Assembly: GCF_006345805.1 (NCBI RefSeq)
Contig: NC_043001.1
Coordinates: 99,944,001-100,008,000, forward strand
Direction of reading: 5' to 3'
Origin: Octopus sinensis
Taxonomy: Eukaryota
DNA: 64,000 nucleotides
In this document: positions 50,010-62,400 of the stretch, piece after piece
Layout of the letters: each line of letters opens with the position of its first letter
Position numbering within the stretch: position 1 is the stretch's first letter
Notes under the pieces: model-generated
Told to the model about the DNA's origin: nothing
Databases searched by the model: none
The model's input: the letters and a program-made list of their open reading frames with translations, nothing else
Position numbers and translations under genes: made by a program

Positions 50010-51105
50010 CCTGACTTTGAAAGATTTTATTTACCTTGAATATGAGGAAGTGGAGGTCTAATACAACTAGGATTACAAAATATCAAATACAGAATCATGA
50101 AAAATTAATACAAATAACCTCAAAACAGGAGGAAAACAAAAGACTTCTGTTTCTGTCTTCAAGGAAAATATCTAATACAAAAAAGAAACAGGTAACTAAT
50201 GAAGAAAATAGGGAAAAAATAGCTAAACCCTAAACTCTAATAAAATCTAAGCAAGATACCAACAAAACGATGGCAAGGAAGCCTTTATATGGAAAATACT
50301 GGAAAGTACTGAAGAAAGCAGAAATAGATAAAGAAAAATCACAGCACTGGTGAAGAAGCAGAGGATTGAAAGCAGAGAGTGAAGGCCCTTGATACAAAGG
50401 ACCAAAACCTTAAAAGCAGAAACCACTAAAAGCACATAACGAAGCTAAATATATAAAAGCATATAACGGAGTTAAGCACAGAATATTCAGCAAAGAAGCA
50501 ATCAACCAATATTATTTCTGGCTGCCCAGAGAAAGAACACATCCATAGCAGGACAGAGTTGGGACTTAGATTGGAAATGATATCAACATTGTGAAGTATT
50601 AATTGAAAAGAGATGGTGTAAACATACACCATAAAAGGTCTATGAGAATAGCAAAGAGGCCATACTCTGGGATATTCCAATACACACAGACAGGAAGATC
50701 AAGGCTAACCAACCAGATATTCATATCAAGGACCGCTAGAAATAAAATGTGTCCTAATTGACATATTAGATTGATTATCTGAAAGTGATGGAGAACTTAT
50801 CAATATACAAAGATGTGTGGCCTGCAAACAGAAACAATCCCTATAATAACAGTTACTTTGAGATTGATTAGAAAAAACATGCAGTCAAATACATAGCCAA
50901 ATCCCCATGAACAAATATGCGTAAATGCTAAAAATAACACTACTGGGCAGTATATTATACAGGGTACTTTTGATAAAGTAAAAATGGATGAAACAAAACC
51001 AAGAGACAGCACACTCATGGCACACATAATTGCCCATGGCAATGTAGTGGAAGCATGAAATAAAAAGATAATTGAATATTAATAACAAAAATAATAATAA
51101 TGATG
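50010..51105 (+). mobile_element. Decayed RLE-type LINE 3' half (family B-like)
   Basis: RFYLP..GSGGL, GLKAESEG, ILWDIPIHTDRKIKANQPDI, KITLLGS; the 3' UTR resembles 8520-8620 and has an (AAT)n tail. Confidence 0.75.
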
Positions 51106-51329
51106 ATTACTCCCATCGAATTTGACATATGAGTGTCTGGAGGAAAAGATTAAAGAGAAAAAAAAAAGATCCATTTGCAACAGATGTCACTGTAATTTGA
51201 GTGGATGTATGGATTTTGAAGTCAACAACGGGACAATGATGATTTTGATTTTGCCTGGGATTGGATGTGTCTGTTGACTGTAGGATATAATTCTTCTATT
51301 GTTCTGTTTCTTCAATTTACCTTCTTTAG

Positions 51330-52060
51330 GTGAATCATGACACATTTTATGTCACTCAAACTTATCCAGACAATAACTTTCCCAAGATATTAAATTAAGT
51401 TGTAAGGATTTTAGCAATTGTTTCAACTTATTCCGACACCTTAGTAGAGGTCTTTCTTTACCATGGGATCCCTCTAATTGCTGATCATACAAAAGAATTT
51501 TTGGAATGCAATCATCTGCACTGAATTCTCAACAGCAGGCTTTCAATACTGGAGATTTTTCTAGACTTTTGGTATTTGATATCTTTCTTGCTCTTTTATG
51601 TTGCAGATATTATTTAGACCGCGCATGTGAAAGGTTTCAACTTTATATGTCTGGAGGAGGGAATCCATGCATTTGTCCCATACAAAAAGTGTTCTCAAAA
51701 TGCAAAATTTGCATTCACTTATTTTAGTTTTCAATCTGAAAGCATGTTCCTCTCACTAATGACGGGAAAGTTTCCAAAAGCATTTGTAGCCTTAAATATT
51801 CTAATATTGACTTCATCCTCAAGATTTCTCTAAAAGTTTACTTCCAAGATATTTAAATGACCTGACCAATTTGAGTGGCATATTGTCAATCATTATGTTT
51901 GAGTTTTGTTCAGTCCCAGGCATTGGTTGGAATAAAATTGTCAACCGAAATGCATGAGCTGCTGCAGCAAACCTATCAACTACTTCCTAAATTCCTTCAA
52001 ATATATGAGAAAGCAAAGTGCAATCATCAGCAAACAATCACATAGAAACTCTTCCTTGGT
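51330..52060 (-). mobile_element. Decayed RTE (BovB-like) RT C-terminal fragment
   Basis: Minus strand: EVVDRFAAAAHAFRLTI..IMIDNMPLKLVRSFKYLGSK..LEDEVNIRIFKATNAFG..FHMRGL. Confidence 0.75.
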
Positions 52061-52174
52061 CATTTGATCTGGTCATTTCCTTGGTCATTTGATCTGAAGC
52101 TTTGCCAATTTAGATTTAGTAGAGCTAAATAATAATGATAATAATAATAATAATGATGATGATGATGATGATAA

Positions 52175-52400
52175 TAGCACCTGTGGAGTAAAAATCAAGA
52201 TATGACAGAGTTGGCCAATATCTGCATTGGATAATGTGTCGTCATTATAAAATTATAAAGTCAAAACTACTCACAAATGACACAAGCACCACCCTGAGGC
52301 TGTAACTGAGGGAGAAAATGTAACTATTCTTTGGGACTTCCCAGTATGTACAGACTGGACCATCAAGGCAAATAAATGAGATATTGTTGAGAAAGACCTT
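52175..52400 (+). mobile_element. RLE-type LINE fragment
   Basis: YDRVGQYLHWIMCRHYKI..EGENVTILWDFPVCTDWTIKANK; begins directly after an (AAT)n/(GAT)n run. Confidence 0.75.
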
Positions 52401-55400
52401 CATGGAATTTGAACTCAGAGCATAGCAGCAGACGAAATATTGCTTAGCATTTTGCCTGGCGTGCTAACGAGTCTTAATAATAAAAGAAGAATCTAAGAAA
52501 TAAATTTTAAAAACCAAATACAACAATTAGTCTGATAAATATTCAAGATGAAAATTTAGATCTAAATAACAAGAAGTAACGTGGTGGGGGACATTTTTTA
52601 AAATCATTTCTCTTGGGATTTTAGTACAAGATGCTTGAATAGAATTCCTTCCTTCTGTTTTAAAGAGCCTGCTGAATTCTTTATCACTGCTGTTGCTGCT
52701 GCTGCGACTACTACAACTACTACTGATGCTGAAAGACCTGAATAATATATTTTATTTGCCTTATTATATTTACTTCTAAATGATTAGACAATAACTTAGG
52801 GAAAAACACAAGAATAAATATTAAATGGTTGGCTTCATCTGATGCTCTGCTTATATTTAATTACTCTCATGGCAAGAATAAATATTTTAGGAATCACAAT
52901 GGACCTTAATCTTTTATTGTTTTCTCAGAATTCATTTTCTTCATCCTCCCACGGGAGAAATGAATATCCATGCAGAACTTAGAGTAAACAAACTTATATT
53001 CCCTTTTGAGTCATCTTTGATTCCCTGTATCTGTCGTGGAGAATAATTGAATCCATCATTTAGCTTGGCCTGGCAAACCGTCAACACACTTGTCTAGTTC
53101 TCTCAAATTGAAAATTCAATAGCTTCTTGGTAATAGCTTTAGTGTTGATTTTAATATGTAATAGTCATTTTAAACTTGCTAAAAATTGTTTATTATCATC
53201 ATATATCTAGGTGTCTGAGAAGGTAAGCACCTGGTTATAGAAAATACCAGTTGTAGACAATATACTTTGTTGTTAGTGTTCTTGAGAAAAGCTTAAAGAT
53301 TTCTATAAAAGATTTCTAAAAATTACTTTAAATTCATGTTATCAAAAAGCTGTTGGAAAACCGATTATATCAGCGACTCCATCTAAGAATATCTGAAGAA
53401 GGAATTTTATTCCAAAATATTATCAGACTATGGATGACTAAATTACAACAGGTATATAGTCCATTGTTTGTATTATAGTGCATTGTTGTACCATTGAAAA
53501 CTTTTTATTCTTTATCAAAATATATTTAGGGGAACACTCAGATGCATGCAAGCTTCTAATAAGAAAATCCTGTTCTGTGGGTTTGATTCCTATTTATAAC
53601 AACTTCATTTTACTCACATACATAAATGAAAAAAGAAGAATGTTTTATTTTCTTAGTTTACCCAACACCATTAAGCTTTGTGCTTTTGGACGGAATCCAA
53701 ATTTTAAGTGTGACTAAGAAATAGTTTCAGCCCACAGAATTATTACTAGAAATGTTTAAAGATGAGTTAACTATTATTTTCATTGAGTCAATATAGATAA
53801 GTATATCCTTCATCTACTGAAATTTAAGAAGGAAAAACTAAAATTGTAAATCTGGATTCTGGGTTCAAATTCTATCAGAAGAAGCTAGCTTTGGAAACAA
53901 AAATGCATAAATATGATACTAAGATCAATTAACTGAGGGGAATATTTAATAGCAAAAATGAATTTAATAAATAGTAAAAGAACTAGTGAGTGATTTCTTT
54001 TAGGCTCAAATTTTGTTTTTGAAAGGAGAGGCGTAGTTGATTTTATTGACCCTCAACCCTGGTGGCAGGGATGGAAGTGTATTTTTCTTTCTATCAAAGC
54101 ATCTCATGTATATCAGACTAAGATTAGAGAAATAACTTATTTATATTAACAATGGGAAAATAAAACAGGAAATGCAACTCTTAAATTGAACACGACACGA
54201 ATACCATTTGAATACTTGTTTCGTGCAAATAAATAACATTATAAATGTTAGTATTAATCTTTAAACTACCACTGCTCTCCCCCAACACACATTTATATGT
54301 ATGTGTGTTCGTACAAATATATATGCATATGTGTGTGTGTGTACATACATATATGTATGTGCATTATATGCATTTATGGCTTTCAAAAATTTCCTAAAAT
54401 CTTATATTGATACATAAGGCAAAATAATAATCGAATCTATGCAAGTCAAGGGAATGTTTGCAAAAATGTTGTCAATTAAGACAGTTTTGTAGTTAATTAT
54501 TTGCCTAAGAGCCATTTCACTTCACAGGCATTCTCTGCTTTGTAAAGCCCTAGGCTATGTTGTAATTCTTCGGAACATGACAGAACAAAGTAGGCAGATA
54601 CATGGAACAGATAATAGAGCAAAATATGCCGGCATCAACTAATTCATTATGTTGTATGGAAAGTATATTTACTTTGATGACAGATTAGGAGAAGGATTTC
54701 GATCACATATAAGTGATATTTAAATGTATGCATCCGAATGTCAGGTTTCTCTCGTAGATGAGAGAAATGTTGTTCCTTAAGAAAAAAAAAAGCACCTGCA
54801 TGTAATGTCTTCAAGGTAGAAAGAAACCATTACATGGAAGCCATCAAATGTCTCTTCATCTCTGGAAGGCAGCTCAATGACAAGATATGATGCTATTACG
54901 ATTTCATATTATTCGTTACTGTCATTTTTCCTAATGTCTCTCTTGCACAGCTGGCTAACAATTACATTTGCATCATGTCAAACTAACAATGGAAATCTTT
55001 ATGGTAACTTGATCAGTTAGAAAGAATACCCAAATATACTTCAAATCACACGTTTCAAGAAAGAACAGATTGGATAATGGAGTCTGAGGTAGAAATTAGC
55101 TTGAAGAAAAGAGTCACAGTTTTAATGCTTTTGATTATAGATGACCCACTGCTAAACAACAATACCTTCATGTATATATATATCAATATGTCTGTCTATC
55201 TGTTTAAATCCACACACACACAAGTGCATACAGAAAAACTAAATACACACACACACGTACACACATATATAAATAGATGTGTGTATTTTTCCCTTGAGTG
55301 GGTGGAAAGTAAGTAGGCATTAGAAATTGTTTATAGAATTTTTAGTGTCACTCAAGTCATGATGAAAGCATTTTTTAAACAGACAGCACTAATGAGCATG

Positions 55401-55714
55401 TCCTGTGATAGGAGAATGGAAAATAAGGACAGATGTCAATACAGTACAGCTGTTTCTAACGAATTTTTTAATTGATAAATGAATACATTATATCATTATA
55501 AAAAAAAAAACGTTTTCTTCAGCCGAATACATGAATCTTACAATGAAGGACATTTAAAATGATCTTTTAAAAAAGGATTTAAACACCATAGTGATATACA
55601 TATTCAATGATTCCGTTACTAGTTTTGTTGCAAAATGAGCTTACCAAAACAATGTACACTTTGTCAGTGGGAGGGGATTTCAGAATAATATAGCGGTCAG
55701 GGGTCAGTTAGCTT

Positions 55715-55759
<45 letters not shown>

Positions 55760-56148
55760 CAGCCACTGATTCCTATGGTATATCCTGTAAACTGACAAGT
55801 TGATTTAGCTTATATCCATCGCCAATGGAGTGGTGTCAACAATGAGGATTAATTTTATCTGAAATTGGTTGGCCGATCTGATGGGGAGGCTGACTCCCTT
55901 GCCAGTGTATAGAAAGTGCTCTCTTGAACAGAAAATGCTCTTTTCATGGCTAAGAGTTATTTTGGTTCTTATTTCTAACAATACTGGTGCTAATTTCTAC
56001 CCTTGATATCTTTTAATGATTGTATTTGTAACTTTTGGTTCTAAATTGCATCCAGCCACTTTGATAATTATATATATATATATATATATTTATATTGATA
56101 TATAACCACACACATGCACACACATATATACTGAGAAAAAGGAGACAG

Positions 56149-56263
56149 TCAGAATTTAGGATAATTCTTTATTAGTGCTTTCGTTTGTTTAATCAAACTC
56201 TTGTCTTGAAGAGTTCATTTAAATAAACGAAAGTGCATTATAAAGAATTATCCAAAATTCTGA
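56149..56263. repeat. ~115-bp near-perfect hairpin with HHR-like arms
   Basis: tcagaatttaggataattctttattagtgctttcgtttgtttaa / ttaaataaacgaaagtgcattataaagaattatccaaaattctga; apex aactctt-gtcttg-aagagtt. Confidence 0.85.
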
Positions 56264-56330
56264 TGGCCAACTTTTTCTCAATGTACAATAACTGTACACC
56301 ACTTCAAACACTCTATACAAACATATGTAT

Positions 56331-56720
56331 ATCATCATCATCATCATCATTTAAAATATGTTTCCCATGTTGGCATGGATTAGACAGTTTAACTGGAACT
56401 GGTAAGCCAGAGAGCTGCACCAGGCACCAGTCTAGTTTGGTTTCTACAGCTGGATGTTCTTCCCATTGTCAACCACTCTAAGAATGTAGTGGGTGCCTTT
56501 TACGTGTTACTGGCACAGGTGCCTCTTAAATGTCATTGCCACAGGTACCTTTTACATGTCCTTGGCACTGTGCCACAACTACAACTTCACTTGTCATTGC
56601 AAGTACAGCAAATTGCCAATGGTCTCAATCACTTGTCATTACCTCTATGAGACTCAATACCCTTTCTCTTTGCAAGATGGTAGACTTTGATATTGAGGGA
56701 GATTTAGCTGTTATTTCTTG
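56331..56720 (-). mobile_element. Old RTE 3' end
   Basis: (atc)n tttaaaatatgtttcccatgttggc..ctacagctggatgttcttcc..gtgccttttacgtg. Confidence 0.75.
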
Positions 56721-57059
56721 CAAATCCAACATCTGTAGGGAGATTTATTGGCTTGAATGTATGTATGTATATACGTGCTTGTGCATGAGGTATGTGTGTG
56801 TGTGTATTTAATTAGCAGAAATTACAAAATTACTCAAGGCTCTTATCATGCTAGGCACCGCGCCCTCAGCCCTTCAGTATTATATTGCTTGTATTCATTT
56901 TAGAAGGCTAGAATGTGAACAGAGTAACTAAACCAGAAAAGGGAATTCAATACTAGTTTATAAATTAGTCCATTAAAAAAACGTATATAGACTGACAATG
57001 GTACCAGAGTGTTTCACCATTTTCTGAGGTTTTTAAATTGCTGAATAGGTAGTAAAATA

Positions 57060-58750
57060 TCTCTGTACTTGGCTTTCGTGGACATGGAGAAAGCCTTTTA
57101 CATGGTCCCCCGATCCCTTATCTGGTAGTCAATGCAGAAACTAGGGAGAGATGAGTGGTTGGTGATGAGAGATGAGAGGTGAGAGTTGTACAAGCCATGT
57201 ACAGGGATGCTGTCAATAAGGTTGGCAACGAGCATAACAAAGAATTCCAGGTAGAAGTAGGGGTTCACCAAGGATCAGTCCTCAGCCCCCTCTTATTCAT
57301 CATAGTCCGCCAAGCAATAACAGAGGAATTCAAGACAGGCAGCCCTTGGGAGCTCCTCTATGCTGACGACCTTGCTCTTATAGCTGAGACACTACCAGAA
57401 CTAGAGAAGTTTCAGGTGTGGAAGCAAGGTCTAGAATCGAAGGGCCTTAGAGTTAAGCTAGCAAAAGGCAAAATCATAGTAAGTAGGAGGGCAGACAAAT
57501 CACAAACGCCTTCAGGTAGATGGCCCTGCTCTAACTGTAGAAAAGGCTTAGGTAGAAACCCCATAAGATGTACCCAGTGTAATCTATGGACACATAAGAG
57601 GTGCAGTAATATCAAAGGAAGGCTAACTGGGAAGATAGTTTTTGTATGTGGCAGATGCTCGGGAGCAATAAACACTGAAAATGCACAGAGACCAACTTCC
57701 ACCACATTCTAGGGAGAAAATCTAGAAGTAGTTGATAGTTTCTGTTACCTAGGTGACAAAGTCAGTAGTGGGGGAGGGTGCGCTGAAAGTGTAGCTGCTA
57801 GAATAAGAATAGCCTGGGCAAAGTTCAGAGAGTTCTTACCTCTGTTGGTGACAAAAGGCCTCTCGCTCAGAGTAAAAGGCAGACTGTATGATGCATGTGT
57901 ATGAACAGCCATGCTACATGGCAGTGAAACATGGGCCGTGACTGCTGAGGACATGCGTAATCTTGCAAGGAGTGAAACCAGTATGCTCTGCTGGATGTGT
58001 AATGTCAGTGTGCATACTCGACAGAGTGTAAGTACCTTGAGAGAAATGTTGGACCTAAGAAGCATCAGCTGTGGTGTGCAAGAGAGACGACTGCGCTGGT
58101 ATGGTCATGTGGTGAGAATGGATGAGGACAGCTGTGTGAAAAAGTATCATACCGTAGCAGTAGAGGGAACCTGTAGAAGAGGCAGACCCAGGAAAACCTG
58201 GGATGAAGTGGTGAAGCACACCCTTCGAACATTAGGCCTCACTGAGGCAATGACAAGTGACCAAGACCTTTGGAGATATGTTGTGCTTGAGAAGACCCGG
58301 CAAGCCAAGTGATACCATGACCATGGCCTTTGCCAGTGTAGCATAACAAGCCCATTTAAGAGTAACCTTCAATCATTGGACAATAAACTTTGTTTGCAGA
58401 GACCTCTTGAGGCAAGTGAAATTACTGTTGTGACCAATGACTGTACTGCCTAATTGGCACCTGTGCCTGTGGCATGTAAAAAGTACCCTTTGTGCGTGAT
58501 CATAGCAGTGTCACCTGACTGGCACCTGTGCCGGTGGTATGTAAAAAACACCATTTGAGCGTGGTCGATGCCAGTACTACCTGACTGGCCCTCATGCCAG
58601 TGGCACATAAAAAGCACCCACTACACTCTTGGAATGGTTGGCATTAGGAAGGGTATCCAGCTGTAGAAACTCTGCCAGATCAGCTTGGAGCCAGGTGCAG
58701 CCTTCTGGCTCTCTAGACCTCAGTCAAACCGTCCAACCTATGCCAGCATA
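57060..58750 (+). mobile_element. 5'-truncated RTE LINE: RT with PHD-type insert, C-terminus, 3' UTR with three modules, terminal segment
   Basis: AFVDMEKAF, VHQGSVLSPLLF, LLYADDLAL, FCYLG, MLHGSETW, ERRLRWYGHV. 57179-58312 is one frame with two premature stops (TAG 57710, TGA 57902). Confidence 0.95.
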
Positions 58751-59300
58751 GACACACACGTCCATACACACTCACCTAAAGCCATGTATGTACAGGCACA
58801 TATCTACACATAACTAATCAAACATATCTACAATTAATTCTACATCTGCAGGCAAGTTCTGGCTTTGTCTGCTCCTTGTTAATATTCTCACTCTCTCTTC
58901 TTACTGATGCTTGCTATCTCATCACATGCTGAATCTCACAACATTTCCAAATTCACTTTGGAAATAAAAAATTAGAAATTTGCCAAAAGCTTCTACCTTT
59001 TGATTCTTTTAAGCAAGTCTCACAGACTTGTGCCTTCTGCTGACATTGTGATATCATATACAATGCATTGTTGTATTGTAGAACATAAAATACTGAAGTA
59101 CGGACATGGTGGAGACTAGTATATTTGATGCTATAGATTGATAATCCTGTTACTTGTCTGCAGATCCTGGAAGGATGAAGAGTAAAAGTAATGGTAGGAA
59201 TGTTTTTCATGGCAGAATATACTGCACGAGGCTGCAGGTCTTGTATCAAAATCTAACATCATTAATGACTCTTTGTGCTGAACCATATTTACAATTGTAA

Positions 59301-59481
59301 TTGTAAAAAGCACCAAATACACTCATGGAGTGGTTGGCATTAGGAAGGGCATCCAGCTGTAGAAACACTACCAGATCAGACTGGAGCCTGGTGCAGTCTT
59401 CTGGCTTCCCAGACTCCGGTCGAACCGTCCAACCCATGCTAGCATGGATAACAGACGTTAAACGATGATGATGATGATGAT
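59301..59481 (+). mobile_element. RTE terminal segment
   Basis: tgtaaaaagcacca..ggcattaggaagggcatccagctgtagaaac..gacgttaaac(gat)n. Confidence 0.88.
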
Positions 59482-62400
59482 TCCATCTGTTATTCCATCT
59501 CTTACAGAAATGTTTCAGGTTTTCTTATATTTGCAACCCTTTTATGCTACCAACTGACAATTTTTCCTTCCCCTGCACATATGGCCACTACAACACATCA
59601 CCCATTTATCATTGATTGTTTTTACTTTTTCAGGTGTCAGGTATAAACAGTCTTGCCAGACATCGTACCAATAGAAACATCATTCTATGAAGAAACCTTT
59701 CATCACAAACACAAAAGACATGTTGGTTTACACTTTAGATCCAAACTGGAATTGAATATGAACTATTATATCTTACAATAATGGTGGCATATGTCTGCAA
59801 AACTACAGCTGCTGCTATTGTTTGTGCATCAAGTATATGGAGGCAGGTAATAATACAAAACTGCTACTACTGCTAATATTAATGTTGCTAATGTATCAGA
59901 AATCAATATTTATATTGACTGATAACACATATTTGCAGAAAAATAATGTTGCTTACAAGCTTTATATTATTTTTTTATTATTCTCCTGGTGACTGAGGTC
60001 AATTTTATTCCCTATTAAAAGTGCTTTGGTTCATTGATGTTGCTTATACCTTTTGTGAAAGTAAAAATAACCCTAACTCCTAACTTATTGTCCCTTGAAA
60101 ATGTTAGGCGTTTTAGTTCTTATTAAATTATTAAGCCTCTTGGTTGTAGCACAGTAAATAAATACACTAACAGACTTAACCTAATGTTGTCAGGTAATCT
60201 AATTCAATGACAAAATATTGCAGATTTCTGTTCTGTTGAAAAGAATTAAGAATGAAGAAGCAGTTATCTTGGGTCAACGATTGATGATATCTACAATGAC
60301 CTCAATACAATATCTTTATACCTAAAACACATAAAAATATTTAGAGATATCTCAGCCACAAAGAGCCACTTCTGAAATTCAACTCTTCAGCAATTTGGTA
60401 ACACTGACATTCTTAGCAACAATAAAGTCAATCAAATTATGATGGCTTCAAAATATTGGAACAGTCAATTCTTTAAAATTAATTTTTGAAACATTAAGCT
60501 TATCTTTACAACTGCAGAATTTCAGAGAAATTATTTGATGAAGATAAAGTACACAGAATGTATGATAATCTTAGATAAAGAACTGATAAAGGGAAATGAT
60601 AATTGTGTTTTAATAATACTTTGCTAATTAATATAAATTAACCACAATGTTAGAGGTCACTTTGTCTAATTTCTCTTGATTTTGTTCAGCTTTCATGTAG
60701 ATTTATCAAGCACTTAAAAATTTCAAAGATTAAATGATGACAGCAAAATAACAACAGTATTTAAAGAGATTAAAAAAAATTTAAGTCATCTTATTATTAT
60801 TATTATAATTATTATTATTTTTTTTTTTTGTATGAAAACTTAATAATACTGAAATTAATTGCACTCAATTTTACTAATTTTTATGAGAAAGACAAACTGA
60901 AAGAGAGTATGATATAATGAAGAAAATTTTAAGGAAACAAATTAATATGAATGGAAAATGAGGCAATAATGTTTAGTTATATACTTTTTACAATTTGACA
61001 TGAATTAAAACTATTGTTAATAAGTTTTTTAAAAAGCAGCTTTTTAAAAAAAATCTTATTTTCAAATTTTTCAATGAACCATAATATATCTATTGTTATT
61101 TATTTATTTTGCTTCGTTAGAGTGGTGAGTTTCAAATTTAGCATATATTAAGTTTTGAAGGCAAATAAGAACAGAAAGGGTCTATAATAAAGAAAACTAT
61201 TATTAAGTGAAGTTTCACAGTTTATTTACTTAATTATTTAGTCATCAAATGTTATCCGAGAAATGAAGGGGAAAATCAGGAGCATGTGTAGAGAAATAAA
61301 AACGATTTGACAGTAATGGAGAGATGCAGCTAATAATTCATCTAATCTTTTATTGCTGGGGTGTACAAGGGAAAGCAATGCAGCTATGTAAGCAGAGCAG
61401 GGTTTTCAGTTATTACATGTAGTTGTGATAATAAGCTTGATCTTGTTGATAGATATTTTAGATTATCAATGTCTTCTATCATCTTATTCCAGTAACACAA
61501 ACACTGAATTGCATGAAGCATTTGTCTGAAGTACAAGATTTTCTATGGCAGTCGCAATCCAGTCCCAATGTGGTTTTTCAGACTGGGCAGCATACACTAT
61601 TGTGTCAATGTACTTGATACAATATGTTGGCTTGCACCAGACGTGTTCCCACCATCTGTCCACCATCTCTACTGTCACTGGGAACCCACAAATTATACCA
61701 CCACGATGCAACCATCATCCGCATAACCATATCTATGAAAAATACCGTTCCAGTTTATCTGATAGCTTTACTGCTACACTACATCTCTCATATGTATTGC
61801 TGTATACGCTGTACCTCCTACTTATGATACCATTGTGTACCTGGAAATAATTTTCCAACAGTGTATCTTTTAGATCTACCGCTGCAGTGTATCTACAAGT
61901 GATACAGTTGCAGTGTATGCCATACTGGCTACATTGCACAGTGTGTCTAATTGCTTCTATTCTACCTTCTTCTATTCTGCAAGCAACAGTGTACACACTG
62001 ATGCTTCTTCTGGAGTTTACTTATTGCTGACTGCTACTAAATATCTGCCAACTGTGACGGAGTCTCTATGTGGCTGCTCCATCTGTAAGAAGGAACAATA
62101 AAATCTGCCACAAATCATTTTGAAAAAGAAAGAGCACACTGATAAATGAAAAAGGCAGATTGTCGCAGCTGAAATGCCTTTAACGAGGGGTCTGCTCTAT
62201 CAAGGCTGACCTACAGCTAAACATCAACAACTGCTGCAATTAAACCCACCAGCACTACTCATCCTGTACACCGCCCCCGCCTATCACTGTGTACATTATA
62301 TAGTACAGAGTTGTGATTATACTGAGTTCATCTTCACCCTCATTGCCATCTTCAACAACAACAGCAACAACATCAATTCCATTGATGCTATCATCAAGTC

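Noticed and set aside
53393-53428. HHR-like CTGAAGA-A-GGAAT-ttt-ATTCC-AAAA..ATC-AGA
   Set aside because: G12 is absent, and stems I and III need several assumed mutations; too decayed to call.
57179-58312. Active RTE ORF
   Set aside because: It is 5'-truncated (no endonuclease or RT N-terminus) and has two in-frame stops.
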